A DNA stretch of 64,000 nt from the IMG/VR virus record IMGVR_UViG_2690316030_000001, one strand, 5' to 3'. Under the pieces are notes generated by a model. That model had not been told where the DNA came from and did no database searches. It worked only from the letters and a program-made list of their open reading frames with translations. A program made the translations under genes and the position numbers. This DNA is from an uncultured virus (IMG/VR IMGVR_UViG_2690316030_000001) (Duplodnaviria > Heunggongvirae > Uroviricota > Caudoviricetes). Below, in pieces: positions 42,607 to 54,000 of this stretch (its first letter is position 1; the number at the start of each line of letters is the position of its first letter).

Positions 42607-45600
42607 GTGCCAGTAATTCTTCCCATTGAGGCACGGCCCGATAACCAGTCATTCAAGCGGGCCGCTGATCAGGCTGTGCGGATCTTCGCCAACGCGGGCG
42701 GGGAATCATCCAATGCATTCGCTCGCCAGTTCACCGCCGGGTCAAAAGCTGTGCAGTCCGCGACACGCACCTATGAGAAGGCTTACGACTCGATCGCTGA
42801 CGCGGCAGGCAAGGCGAAGACGGCGGAATCGCAGTTGCAGCAGCAGCGCGACAAATCCGCGTCGCTTGGTGAAAAGATCGCCGCCGATGAAAAGCGTCTG
42901 GCTGACGCCCGCAAGTCCGGCGACACCGCCGCGATTGCCGCCGCGGAGAAGTCGCTAACCCAGGCCCGGGATCAGCAGGCTCGCACCAACACCCAGATTG
43001 TCCGCACGGCAGAGAACCTGAATCGCAGTCGGCGCGAAGAAGTCCGCGGAATCAAGGACGCCGTGTCCGCCTACCGTGAGTTGCAGGCCGCGCAGCAGTC
43101 CCATGGTCCGGGCGTTATCTCTGGGATCACCAGCCAGAGTTCAGGAATCGTTGGGCAGCTCTCCAGTATTGGATCAGCCGCAGGCAAGGGGTTTGTGGCC
43201 GGCGCCGCCGCGGCGATCGTCGCAGGCGGACTCATCCAGGTTGGCGTCAAAGCCGCCGAAATGGTCCTCAGCGGATTCAAATCCGTCATGGATACGGGAA
43301 TTGACTTCTCGCGCACGGTGAACAACTTCAAGGGCGTCACCGAGTCCAATGACGCTCAAACACGTCAAATGGCCACCGCGGCACGCGCTCTCGGTGCAGA
43401 TACCACCATGGCTGGAGTATCGGCTTCTGATGCTGCACGCGCTATGACCGAGCTCGCAAAAGCTGGCTTCTCGGTTGATCAGGCGATCAGTTCTGCTCGC
43501 GGAACCATGCAGCTCGCGACAGCCGCGCAGGTCGACGCGGCCCAAGCAGCCGAGATCCAAGCCAACGCCATGAATGCTTTCGGCTTGAAGGCGGGCGACG
43601 CGGCGCACATCGCTGACGTTCTCGCGAATGCCGCAAATGGATCCTCCGCCGACATTGCAGGCATCGGACTCTCTTTGGCTCAAGTAGGCGGTGTTGCAGC
43701 AGGATTCGGACAGTCTATTGAAGAGACCGCTACCGCTATCGCGATGCTCGCCAACATGGGCATCAAGGGTAGCGATGCCGGCACGTCACTGAAGACCATG
43801 CTCATTCAACTGCGCAATCCCAGCGACCAATCCGCGCAGGCCATGGATGAGCTCGGATTGAAGGTCAACGACGCCAACGGTCAACTGGTCAGCATGCGTG
43901 AGTTGTTCCGGCAACTCGGCGAGGCCAAAAACCGCATGCCGACGGACATCTTCCAGCAGAACTTGGCAACCCTGTTCGGCACGGACGCGATCCGCGCACC
44001 ATTGCTCGGGACCGTCACGGCTTTCGACCAGCTATATGCCACCGTCAACCGCGCTGGAACCGCAGCGCAGATGGCCAAAACCCAGATGGAGGGCTGGCCC
44101 GGGGTCGTTGAAGGTGTCAAGAACTCGACCGAGGCACTGAAGCTCTCGCTGTTCGATGTTTTCAACAGCCCCGCTGGGCAGAACCTCGGCAACAAGATCG
44201 TCTCCGGCCTCAATGGAGTAGTGGAGTGGGTCAATACCCACAAGCCGGAAATCATCGGATTCGTCACTGAATTCGCGTCGGCTATGGCTACCGGTACCGA
44301 CGCGTTCCTTGGATTTACCGCCCGGATACTTCAGGCGGGCAGCTATCTTGCGGATGCCCTGGGGTTTGTCTTCGGGAACATCGGTAAAGCCATTGGCGGC
44401 GTCGTTCAGGCGATCGGGTCTGTCTCTAAGCACATTCCGGGGATGAAGGCCACCGGGGAAGCGATGGAGACCGCGGGCGGCGCGGTACTGAAGTGGTCCA
44501 ACGTCATGACCAGTGCCGGCTCAAACATGCGGTCGGCGGCCGACGGGATAGACCACCTCCGCGATGGCATCCGCGGCATGCGCGACAGCTTCACCGATTC
44601 TATGCGGGAAACCCAAGCCCAAGAAGAGATGTACCGCCGCAACGGCGAAGCCATCGAATCCCTCAAGGGCAAGATTGAGGAGCTTCCCGACAAGCCTAAA
44701 GACTTCGTCATCAAGGACAACTCAGACGAAGTCAAGAACAAGCTCAAGGCACTAGGTTTGGAGGCCAAGCAGCTACCCGATGGACGCATGGTCGTGCACA
44801 TCGAGTACAGGGACCAAAACTCCCCGGCGGTCCTGACGCCCACTCAACAGTTGGGCGCCACAGGTTCAGCGCTCAATGCGTTCGGAAGCCCGCTCGGTGG
44901 CGTTCTGTCCGCTCTGGGCAGTCTTCCGCCCGTGCCGCGGGTGGGGGTGTCCAACACTCCATTGAAGCCCAAGAAGGGCGATGGAGATTCGAACGCTTAC
45001 GTTGATCCCTCGCAGTTCCAGATCGGGGGTAACCCTTCATTCGCTACCCCGGGCGTTCCGGGGTTAGCGCTGGGTCCGGCCGGTCCTGTTGATGCGCAAC
45101 AAGTTTTCGATGCTGAGTCATCCCTTCTGCGCGCAAAGAACAACCTTGAACAGGACCGGCTCAAGGTGATTCAGCTTGAGCAGAAGGGCAACGTGGACCA
45201 GCTGGAGCTGCTGCGCGCCAAGAATCAGGTTCAGGAAGACGAACGAGCCTACACCTCAGCGCAAATGAAGCTGGCCGAGGCGCAGCGCGGCACGGTGAAG
45301 AAGATGAAGGGCTTCACCGACGAGATGGGGGAGATTGGCGCCAAGCTGGATGCCGACTTCGGCGCCTCCAAGGGCCTCGGTGGACTTGCCGAGAATCTAA
45401 CGAAGTTCGTCGCGAATCTCGCGTTCGCGCCGATGCTTGGGCAGCTCAGCGCTATAAGCGCCGCCAACCCCTCCAAGGGCGGATACGGGATGATGGGCAT
45501 CCTCGGGGCGCAGGGTGTATTCGGGCCGCAGTTCACGGGCATCGCCCAGGATTCTTCGTACGCGGCATCCGGCATGGGGCCTGCGGCAATCCGACCAGGA

Positions 45601-46656
45601 GGCGGATTCGGCAGTGATGCCGCGCTCCTAGCCAACGTTCCCTCTGGACGCTACGAGCAGACACAGGCGGCGGACCTCACAAAGGGGCTTGGGGACTGCT
45701 CCAGCGCCGTCGAGGATCTGGTCAACATTATGGATGGACGCCCTACGGGTGGACGATCCATGGCCACAGGGAATGCCGCGGAATGGCTTACCGCGCACGG
45801 CTTCATGCCTGGAATGGGCGGGCTGGGCGATTTCCGTGTCGGATACAACAGCGGCCACATGCAGGCCACCCTGCCTGGTGGCACTCCGTTCAACTGGGGT
45901 AGTGATGCCTCAGCGGCAAATCGAGGCATCGGGGGAACGGGCGCCGACGATCCAGCCTTCACCTCCCATTACTACCGGCCCATGGGATCCGGCGCGGGGA
46001 TGACCGTGCCGTCGCCCCCTGCGCCGGGGTATGCACCCCTGGCGGGGAACGCGCTGACAAACCCTGGACTCACCAACCCGGCGCCTTCCCCCAATCCGTT
46101 CATGGGAATGGGCGGCGCGGGCGGCCCTACCGGGCCGGCACAAGGACTCAGCCCATCGGGACAGCAATACGGCGGCGTGACACCAGCATCCGGTTCCGGC
46201 AAGGGCGGCGTTGGCATGACCCCGGGCGGAACGCTAGACACCGCTATCGGCATGGCCGCCAGCGGCCTTGACCTGCTGGCCCCAGGTGCCGGTCAAGCAG
46301 CTCAAACCGGAATCAAATTGGCCAACCGCGCAATCCAATACGGCGGGCAGGTCGCGGGGATCGGCGTCCAAGGATTGATGGACACATTTCTGCCCACGGG
46401 CGGTTCAGAGCTGGCCAACAAGTCTTGGATCACCAAGATCGTTGGCGGAATCGCAGGGGCCGCGCCGGCTCTGCCGAACATGGCGGGTAAATCGACCGCA
46501 CCCCAGAACCAGAACCAGGAAGACCCGAACGCTCCAAAGAATCAGGGCGGCAACACCACGAACATCACCGTGAACAACAACCGGGCCACCGAAGACGGAA
46601 CCGGGCGCGACATCGCCTACCACCAGCAGGCGCAAAACCAGGCACCGGGAATGTAA
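42607..46656 (+). CDS. Tape measure protein with C-terminal Cys/His peptidase-like motif
   Basis: 1349 aa Ala-rich; TP901-type core GIKGSDAGTSLKTML; DCSSAV...GHMQATLP. Confidence 0.93.
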   Translation: MPVILPIEARPDNQSFKRAADQAVRIFANAGGESSNAFARQFTAGSKAVQSATRTYEKAYDSIADAAGKAKTAESQLQQQRDKSASLGEKIAADEKRLADARKSGDTAAIAAAEKSLTQARDQQARTNTQIVRTAENLNRSRREEVRGIKDAVSAYRELQAAQQSHGPGVISGITSQSSGIVGQLSSIGSAAGKGFVAGAAAAIVAGGLIQVGVKAAEMVLSGFKSVMDTGIDFSRTVNNFKGVTESNDAQTRQMATAARALGADTTMAGVSASDAARAMTELAKAGFSVDQAISSARGTMQLATAAQVDAAQAAEIQANAMNAFGLKAGDAAHIADVLANAANGSSADIAGIGLSLAQVGGVAAGFGQSIEETATAIAMLANMGIKGSDAGTSLKTMLIQLRNPSDQSAQAMDELGLKVNDANGQLVSMRELFRQLGEAKNRMPTDIFQQNLATLFGTDAIRAPLLGTVTAFDQLYATVNRAGTAAQMAKTQMEGWPGVVEGVKNSTEALKLSLFDVFNSPAGQNLGNKIVSGLNGVVEWVNTHKPEIIGFVTEFASAMATGTDAFLGFTARILQAGSYLADALGFVFGNIGKAIGGVVQAIGSVSKHIPGMKATGEAMETAGGAVLKWSNVMTSAGSNMRSAADGIDHLRDGIRGMRDSFTDSMRETQAQEEMYRRNGEAIESLKGKIEELPDKPKDFVIKDNSDEVKNKLKALGLEAKQLPDGRMVVHIEYRDQNSPAVLTPTQQLGATGSALNAFGSPLGGVLSALGSLPPVPRVGVSNTPLKPKKGDGDSNAYVDPSQFQIGGNPSFATPGVPGLALGPAGPVDAQQVFDAESSLLRAKNNLEQDRLKVIQLEQKGNVDQLELLRAKNQVQEDERAYTSAQMKLAEAQRGTVKKMKGFTDEMGEIGAKLDADFGASKGLGGLAENLTKFVANLAFAPMLGQLSAISAANPSKGGYGMMGILGAQGVFGPQFTGIAQDSSYAASGMGPAAIRPGGGFGSDAALLANVPSGRYEQTQAADLTKGLGDCSSAVEDLVNIMDGRPTGGRSMATGNAAEWLTAHGFMPGMGGLGDFRVGYNSGHMQATLPGGTPFNWGSDASAANRGIGGTGADDPAFTSHYYRPMGSGAGMTVPSPPAPGYAPLAGNALTNPGLTNPAPSPNPFMGMGGAGGPTGPAQGLSPSGQQYGGVTPASGSGKGGVGMTPGGTLDTAIGMAASGLDLLAPGAGQAAQTGIKLANRAIQYGGQVAGIGVQGLMDTFLPTGGSELANKSWITKIVGGIAGAAPALPNMAGKSTAPQNQNQEDPNAPKNQGGNTTNITVNNNRATEDGTGRDIAYHQQAQNQAPGM

Positions 46657-48380
46657 TGACGATCCGCTATCCCGCAGGCCCCCTTGTGCCACATGGCTGG
46701 TACCACATCGTCAAGGGCAACCGCCCCATGATGCGGCTAACCGCATTCGACGGCTCCATTGAGTTCTACATCATGGGCGGCCACTCGATACCCGACCGGT
46801 TCAACTCACCTGAGTCTGTGCAGGTTCAACGGGACGGCATCACCGGCCTGATCCCTCCGTGGAAGCACATCACCCAAAAAGGTGCCACCCAAGACGGTGT
46901 CACGCACATCGACGCCCTCCTGGACCCGGTGGAAGTACAGCTGACACTGGATTGCAGAGGTCGAGACCCCAAACACACCCGAAAGGTCTACCGGGACCTC
47001 GTCGCCTCGATCGACGCAATCAAGCAATCCAAACTCGACTTCCTAGATCAAGACGCGGGCCACTGGTGGGCTGACGTGCGTTGGTTCCAGGGCGCTCCGA
47101 AGGATCCAATCACCGGGTCGCAAAAGAACACTCAGCGCATCACCCTACGCCTACAGGCCGACACGGGCTGCTGGAAAACCTATGACCACTCCGATGCGTT
47201 CGTTTTCCTGTATGAGGCGATGACTGACACCTTTAACGTCGATCACCGCTCCACCCAAGATTTGGGGGACATCCCACAGTGGTATGAAGGCGACGGGGGA
47301 GGGTACTGCACCTCCAACGGCGATCAGATGATCTGGGTTGATGACCCCGACGACCTGACCACCACCGAAGCGCGCCAGGTGATCAACGGGCCCTGGCCAG
47401 ACTTCAACACCATCACCGATAACCAGGTCATCGCCCAAGTCCACGGGTCATTCCAGGAATGGTCCTTGCCGTACTCGGCCCGCAACATTCTTGGCGGCAG
47501 GATGGGCCGCAACCCTGACGGAAGCTGGGACGGCTCAGGGGTATTCGTGGAGTACGGGTTCGGTGTACTGCGCCTGTACTACATGGTCGACTTCGTCGAA
47601 ACCACGATGCGCAACCAGCCGTTCTCCATGCTCATCCCACCACTGCCTGGCGAGAAGATGACCCTAGTCTGCGGATATGAAGGCAACAAGCGCATGTTCA
47701 AAGTCTTGCGCAACGGCCTGGAAATCCTGTCCCACACCGAAGCCGGCACCGGCTCACCCATGGGTGCAGACAACCGCGGCATCGGAAACGGCATGTACGC
47801 CGGGGGAGCTCTATTGACACAGGCCACCCCCGCGGCGATCCGCAAGATCGCAGCCGGCGACAACTCCGAAGTCTCACAAGAGGGATTTTTGCAACGGGTG
47901 AACGTCGGTGATCAGCCGATGTACGATGACTACACCCTGTTTGGCCCAGGGATCTTCAAGATCTACGACGGTCCCGGCTCAGATGAGTTCGTGGAGTTCG
48001 GGCCTCTGTTGCCGAACCAAATCGTGTTCCTGCGCACCGACCCCCGTGTCAACACCACCCTGGTGCAGGACCTGACTGCGGTCCCGCCAACCCCGCAAGA
48101 GCTGGACGTGTTCCAGGACGCTATCTCCAAGTTCCTGTCCTTTGCGGGCATGAACAACTCAGCGTTCGGTGATCAGATCAAGTCGTTCTTCGGCATCCGT
48201 CCACCGCAAGGGAATCTGTACAAGTACCTCAAGGGCCGGTTCTCCCAGAATGCGGCGATCCCACCGAAATCGCCCGGCGAGGACGCGAAGCCATACTTCG
48301 TCAAAGTTGCGATCGACAACGGCAACGCCGACTCGAAGATCATCGCGTCCGGCACTCCATTAAGGCGCTACCCGCTCTAA
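46656..48380 (+). CDS. Minor tail protein (distal tail-like)
   Basis: First gene after tape measure, TAATG overlap. Confidence 0.8.
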   Translation: MTIRYPAGPLVPHGWYHIVKGNRPMMRLTAFDGSIEFYIMGGHSIPDRFNSPESVQVQRDGITGLIPPWKHITQKGATQDGVTHIDALLDPVEVQLTLDCRGRDPKHTRKVYRDLVASIDAIKQSKLDFLDQDAGHWWADVRWFQGAPKDPITGSQKNTQRITLRLQADTGCWKTYDHSDAFVFLYEAMTDTFNVDHRSTQDLGDIPQWYEGDGGGYCTSNGDQMIWVDDPDDLTTTEARQVINGPWPDFNTITDNQVIAQVHGSFQEWSLPYSARNILGGRMGRNPDGSWDGSGVFVEYGFGVLRLYYMVDFVETTMRNQPFSMLIPPLPGEKMTLVCGYEGNKRMFKVLRNGLEILSHTEAGTGSPMGADNRGIGNGMYAGGALLTQATPAAIRKIAAGDNSEVSQEGFLQRVNVGDQPMYDDYTLFGPGIFKIYDGPGSDEFVEFGPLLPNQIVFLRTDPRVNTTLVQDLTAVPPTPQELDVFQDAISKFLSFAGMNNSAFGDQIKSFFGIRPPQGNLYKYLKGRFSQNAAIPPKSPGEDAKPYFVKVAIDNGNADSKIIASGTPLRRYPL

Positions 48381-48423
48381 TGGCAGTCACATTGCGCCCC
48401 TGCGAACCAGGGGCTAGCTAGTC

Positions 48424-50127
48424 ATGCCCGGAACAGACATGGACCGCTGGAAGGCGGCTATCCAGTCCGGTGATATCACCCGCATCGCCACGACAGCTCG
48501 TGCGTTGACGGAGAAGAAGTCGAAGGTAGACACCACCTTCCGTTTCACGGTCTGCGACAAGTTCTGGACACCCATGGGGTCAATCGGCAACGAACTCATG
48601 GAGGCGTCGGGGACCGATCCCCGTAATGACTGCCCTACCGCCCGGATCAAGCACAAGGGTGATAGCCCTCTCGTGCAGATGTTCATGGACTGCCGGAACA
48701 CGATGGTGGGCATTGAGGTAGAGACCGCGGGGCTGCGGCAGAACTTCTACGTCAAAAAGCACGACTGGGAGTACCAAGACGGCGCTTGGACGGGAACTGT
48801 TGAGGCCCGGGGTATCTGGGACATACTCAACTATTACGTGATATGGCCGTCATGGTGGCTACCCATACAGGCCCAGCCGTTTTCGCACGCGATCTTCATT
48901 TGGGCGTTGCAGACCTGTGTGGAGAACATGGTCGCGGAGTGCGCGATTCGTCTCCAGTCGGGGTGGATGGAAGCCATTAACAACGGGCTCTCGTTGAACC
49001 CCGACATCCGTGCATGGTTCGGCACCATCCTGCAAGCCCTGGACCGCGATGGCCTGTCGATTAAGACCTTCGCGCGCATGCTACGCACGCCAACGTATGT
49101 CAAGCGAACCAACCCGTTCCTGGACACATCCCCGTTGTGTGCCAAGACCGTCCGCATGGAGACCGTTGGCTCGGTAATCAAGGATGTCACGCGAGCCTAC
49201 GGTGTAGATACCCGTATGGATCTGTGGCGGCCCGGTGATGAGCAGCCCGATCAGTGGATCACCCTCGATCAACCCACATATGTCTTTTCGACTGTCGACC
49301 GCAGCCAAATCGAAGGCCCCACAAAAACTGTCCTTGATTCGGTCTTGCGGACGGTAGTGGACCTGGGTGGATCGCTCGGCGGGATCTTCAAGCCGGTCAT
49401 GAAGCAAGTCCCCGGCATGGACGGGGTGTTCTACGCGCCGCTACTCGGTGTGAACTTCGAGCAACCCTACGCCTATCTTGTTGCGCCAGAATCCGGTGAG
49501 GACTCATCCATCACCTCGTGCCGGATCACCAACCATACCCCCGAGGGTTGGCAGCACATCATCGGTGGCCGTAGCCCTAAGTGGTTGAACGACTTGATGA
49601 ATGCCACGTTCGCGTGGTTGATCGATTCGCTGATGATCGTGGTCGGGTTCTCCGGTATCCCATCAGACCTGCTATCCGGCTTCCTGAACAACAGCTTCCT
49701 GGCCTTCCAGCTCATGCAGCACTACGACCGACGCGACGAAGTCGGCCCCTACCACCCAGCGGTCGAGCGCTTCTATCCCACCGCATCAGCCCCCTACAAC
49801 ATCGAAACAGTATTCGCGTTCATCAACGCCCTCTTTGATTCACAGGGCTACACCACCGCACAAGTCACGTTCCGCAATGGTGACCAATACGCCTTGGGAA
49901 GAGACGTTTTCAAGGGCGGATTGATGTCGGTCGTCTACCACGGCCGAACCAAGATGGTCACCGACTACATCGAGAACGTCATGTGGCGCATCACTCCAGA
50001 TGAGCGAACCGTGGTGGCTCAACTCGGAGATGGCCGACGCGACGAAGCGCCATTGGGCAAATTCCAGCGCCTGATCACAGGGGCATTCGAAGCCATAAAC
50101 GTTCTTACCCTCGCGCCACAGTCCTAA
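48424..50127 (+). CDS. Minor tail protein (baseplate hub-like)
   Basis: Position and size typical of mycobacteriophage tail genes. Confidence 0.8.
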   Translation: MPGTDMDRWKAAIQSGDITRIATTARALTEKKSKVDTTFRFTVCDKFWTPMGSIGNELMEASGTDPRNDCPTARIKHKGDSPLVQMFMDCRNTMVGIEVETAGLRQNFYVKKHDWEYQDGAWTGTVEARGIWDILNYYVIWPSWWLPIQAQPFSHAIFIWALQTCVENMVAECAIRLQSGWMEAINNGLSLNPDIRAWFGTILQALDRDGLSIKTFARMLRTPTYVKRTNPFLDTSPLCAKTVRMETVGSVIKDVTRAYGVDTRMDLWRPGDEQPDQWITLDQPTYVFSTVDRSQIEGPTKTVLDSVLRTVVDLGGSLGGIFKPVMKQVPGMDGVFYAPLLGVNFEQPYAYLVAPESGEDSSITSCRITNHTPEGWQHIIGGRSPKWLNDLMNATFAWLIDSLMIVVGFSGIPSDLLSGFLNNSFLAFQLMQHYDRRDEVGPYHPAVERFYPTASAPYNIETVFAFINALFDSQGYTTAQVTFRNGDQYALGRDVFKGGLMSVVYHGRTKMVTDYIENVMWRITPDERTVVAQLGDGRRDEAPLGKFQRLITGAFEAINVLTLAPQS

Positions 50128-50181
50128 CTCCCGCCCGCTTCGCGCGGCGCCTCTCGTTTCCCAATCCCGATTGGAGACAAC

Positions 50182-51018
50182 ATGTCTTGGCCTACAACCC
50201 CGGATGGGCAGCGGTATCTCTTTGAAGGCATCATCGAGATGCCCGTCAGCCCCGAGACCGGCGCCGCGATGCTGCTGCTACGCCCGCAGGGCGGAATGGG
50301 TGTAGGTATCCCTGCCATCGCGCAGGGTGATCCCGGTGTCCACGCAGAGCTGGACACGGCAATCAACTTCACCGCTCTTGAACCCGGTGACGCAACGCCA
50401 GATTCCGCATCGTTCACGCTGATCACACCGCCCACGACCAGCACCCCCGGTAAGTGGAAGCTGAACCTGGCCCTACATAAGGGCGAGAAGGGTGACAACG
50501 GCGAAACGGTCTGGGATCCCACTGACCTGTCCGGCACTCCAGTGGCGGGACAGATTCCCGCGGTCACATCGGCTGGCACCGGTTTTGAGCTGGTCGCGCA
50601 GAAGATCCCCGAGGCCTTCTATCCGGGCACAATCAATAACACCCCCTCGGGTAACCCGAACTACACGCTGGCGCAGATTTCCATCCCCGCGCGCCCGTAC
50701 GCGCGCAGGGTCCGTGCCGGGGGATTCACTGTGGTCACTGGTGAAGCCGCGGATGTGCGGGTCAACCTCCTGGCACGCCTGAACGGCGAAAGTGGCGGCA
50801 ACATCATTGGCCGCTGCGTTGGCATCGCACAGACAGAGCGGCTGCCCATGGATCCGGGGAAGCCGATCGAATCGGGCACCGCATCAGATTCCTACAACCA
50901 GATCGCCGCTAACGCATCCGCCACGGTGTACATCCGGTGTGAACGCCAAGCCGGCACCAGCACCTACACGACTTCAGCATCCAGTTCGCAGTTTTGGGCT
51001 GAGGTTCTGCCGCTGTGA
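50182..51018 (+). CDS. Minor tail protein
   Basis: Position; short GxxGxxG stretches. Confidence 0.75.
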   Translation: MSWPTTPDGQRYLFEGIIEMPVSPETGAAMLLLRPQGGMGVGIPAIAQGDPGVHAELDTAINFTALEPGDATPDSASFTLITPPTTSTPGKWKLNLALHKGEKGDNGETVWDPTDLSGTPVAGQIPAVTSAGTGFELVAQKIPEAFYPGTINNTPSGNPNYTLAQISIPARPYARRVRAGGFTVVTGEAADVRVNLLARLNGESGGNIIGRCVGIAQTERLPMDPGKPIESGTASDSYNQIAANASATVYIRCERQAGTSTYTTSASSSQFWAEVLPL

Positions 51019-54000
51019 CATCGGGGATTCCCGAATGGGCGCAGGCGATCCCGTCTGCCCCAGTCCATCAGGAGCAGCCCAATGAGCTGACACGGCCGTT
51101 CACGGCGCAGCAGCTCATTGAGTTCGGTGAACAGCTCATTGAACAGTTCCTTCGGCGCGTGGTCCTGGCCGTGGTCGGCTCGTTCATTCCCGGTGAAGGT
51201 TCGTTCGAGCAGCTGGAGGAATGGGCTCACAGCATCCCGATCATCGGCGACATTATTGAGATCATCAAGGACTTCCTGAACGGAAACCTGTTCGGGCGTG
51301 ACGGATTCATTCTTTCGAACCTGATCCCGGCGTTATCGTTCAGCTGGATCACTGATGAGCAGCCGAACCTGTTGGTGGCGGGTAACTTCCAGGACGGCGC
51401 GAGCATCGCCGACAATCCTTATTGGACGTGGGAGTCCGGTGTCACGCATAGTGCGGACAGTTCGGGCAGTGTGAAGGTCACCGCGAATGGTGTCACGAAA
51501 GCGTTGCGGTCCAATGAGATTCTTGCCAATCCTGGCCAAACCATGTCGCTGGAGATGTGGGTTAAGTGGTCCGGGTACACGGGCACTAATTCGCCGATCA
51601 AGTTGCAGATGGTCGAGTTCTCCGGTCGCGGGGACAGCGCCGTGCAGGTTGGTGTTGAGGACGTTGCGACCCTGAACCCGAACACGTCAACGGGGGATTG
51701 GCGTCAAATGACCGGGAACTACACCGTTCCCGACGGTGTGCATGCGGTACGTGTGCGCATCCTAGTGACAAAGGATGCCACCTCGGGTGTCCTGAACTTC
51801 GATGACGGTGTTGGTAAGAAGACCAACAAGATTCAGCAGGGCTGGATCGACGGCCTGTCGAACACATTCCAGGAAGTGCTGTCTCGGTGGCAGTTGATCA
51901 TCGACACCGTCGTAAACGGGATCACAGGCTCCAACAACGCGTTCCACACTTTGGAAGATCTGTTCGAGGCTGTCACTCATATCCCGTTGTTCAAGATCCT
52001 CGGCTTCGGTGGCCCTGGGGACGCGAACACCACGTTCGAGGAGTTCCTTTCCCATCTTCTCGGGGGAATGTCGGGGTCGACTGACCCGAACGCAAACGGT
52101 GGTTTCGCTGACCTGTTCAATGTCGCGAAGCTTTTGCAGACCGCGGCGGCGATGGGGGAGAGCGCTTTTCAGATCCTCTCTATCCGCAACAACACCCCAG
52201 TCAATACGGGTCTGTTGCCGTCGGGCCGGTCGAACTACGGCCTAACCAGCGTCAACACCACACTTTCGGCCACTCAAAGTGCGTCGCTGATCGCGACAAT
52301 GCGGGTGGAGCAAGACATCGCCTTGGGTGTGGTGTCATGGCTTGGCTGCGGCACCAGCGGCATCACCGCGTTCTACGTCAACATCTGGAAACTCGACGGC
52401 GTTTCCGGGGACTGGTCGTTGGTGCACCACTCCCCGAACATCCTGTCCGAGCTGACCGCCGGTACTACACCGAACTGGACGTTCTACCAGCTCGACACCC
52501 CAGTTGATCAGAAGGCGGGGGAAACCTACGCCTACGAACTCGTCCCCGTCGGCGGAACACACAGTGTCCGAGGGATTTCGACCACGGACGATATTCCTGA
52601 TCACCCGTTCGCGCAGGTCGTCGGTTTGGCCGCGACACGGGATAACTCGTCGTCACCGAACACACCTCCCTCGACCATCGCCAAATCCAGTGTCGTCCGG
52701 TCCGGGAACATCCCGTGGATTGAAACAGCCATCGACACCGGCAACGGTGTGGGCTACTACGACCCCATCTCGGTGTATGTCGTTGACGATGGCGATATTC
52801 CGATCCCGTCATGGTGCAACTTCGTAGACCCAGGATGTGTTGGTGCAGGCGGCGGCGGACAGATGGGTCTCACGCTCGGATTCCACGGCGAGCCCGGCAC
52901 GCCAGGCCTATTCAAGGCCACAACGTGGCAGCGCGGAGTGCACTTCGGCGACAACGCAGTACTGCACTTCACAAAGGGTATTGGTGGACTAGGTGGCCGT
53001 CCTGGTCACGATGATGGCGAGGACGGCACCGCTAGCGTCTGGTCTCTGCCCGACTACACCCTCACCGCAGAAGGTGGCATCGGCGGCACGGAACTACAAC
53101 TTGGATCTAACCCCATCGGTCGTGGCCCGGGAACTTTTGAATACAAGGGCGAGAAGTACGTTTGGGGCGCGGACCAGAATGTTCCCGGCCGCGACGGCGT
53201 CTCAGCGGGCGGCGCCGGAAACGGCGGCAACGGACTAACGTTCCAGAACGGCGGTAAGGGAGCCGACGGCGCCGGACGCGTGAGGTTCCGGCAGAACCCG
53301 CTTGAAGGTGAGTCCATCATCGGCGGCCCCGGCCAAGTCTTGGTCCCCAGTATCGAGTCCACCGCCTCACTGGGCACTCCCACCGTCTCGGGTGGGTTGT
53401 CCCTGCTGCCGCTGGAGGATCAGGCCGCTATCGACGCGATCGTGGCCGCGAACATGACCGCCCCGGGCGGGGTGTTGGCCATCCAGTCCCCAGATGGGTA
53501 CTACACGAAGGCGTACGGCAAGGTCTCCACCGCCGCAGGTGCGCGGAACGTGATCCTGGAGGACCACTTCCGTATCGGCTCCTGCACCAAGTCGTTCACC
53601 GCGACCATGATCTTGCAGGCAGTTGATCGTGGCTTGTTGTCGTTGGATGACCCGCTGGAGAAGTTCCTACCGGGCGTTCCTGGCGGCACCAAGATAACGG
53701 TCCGGCACATGATGTGCCTGCGGTCGGGTCTGTTCAACGAACAAACCGACCCCGGCATGATGATGCGCTACTTCCTGATGCCGACCTCTGACTGGACGGA
53801 CGAAGAAACACTCGCGATCGTCAAACAGCACGAACCGTCCTTTGAACCTGGCCAAGGGTGGGCGTACGTCAACTCCAACTACTTCCTGCTGGGAATGATC
53901 GTTTCGATCGTCAACGGCCGCCCCACACGTGATGTGCTGCAGACGGACATTCTTGATCCGTTGGGTTTGACGCAAACCAGTTGGCCTACAACCGCGAAGA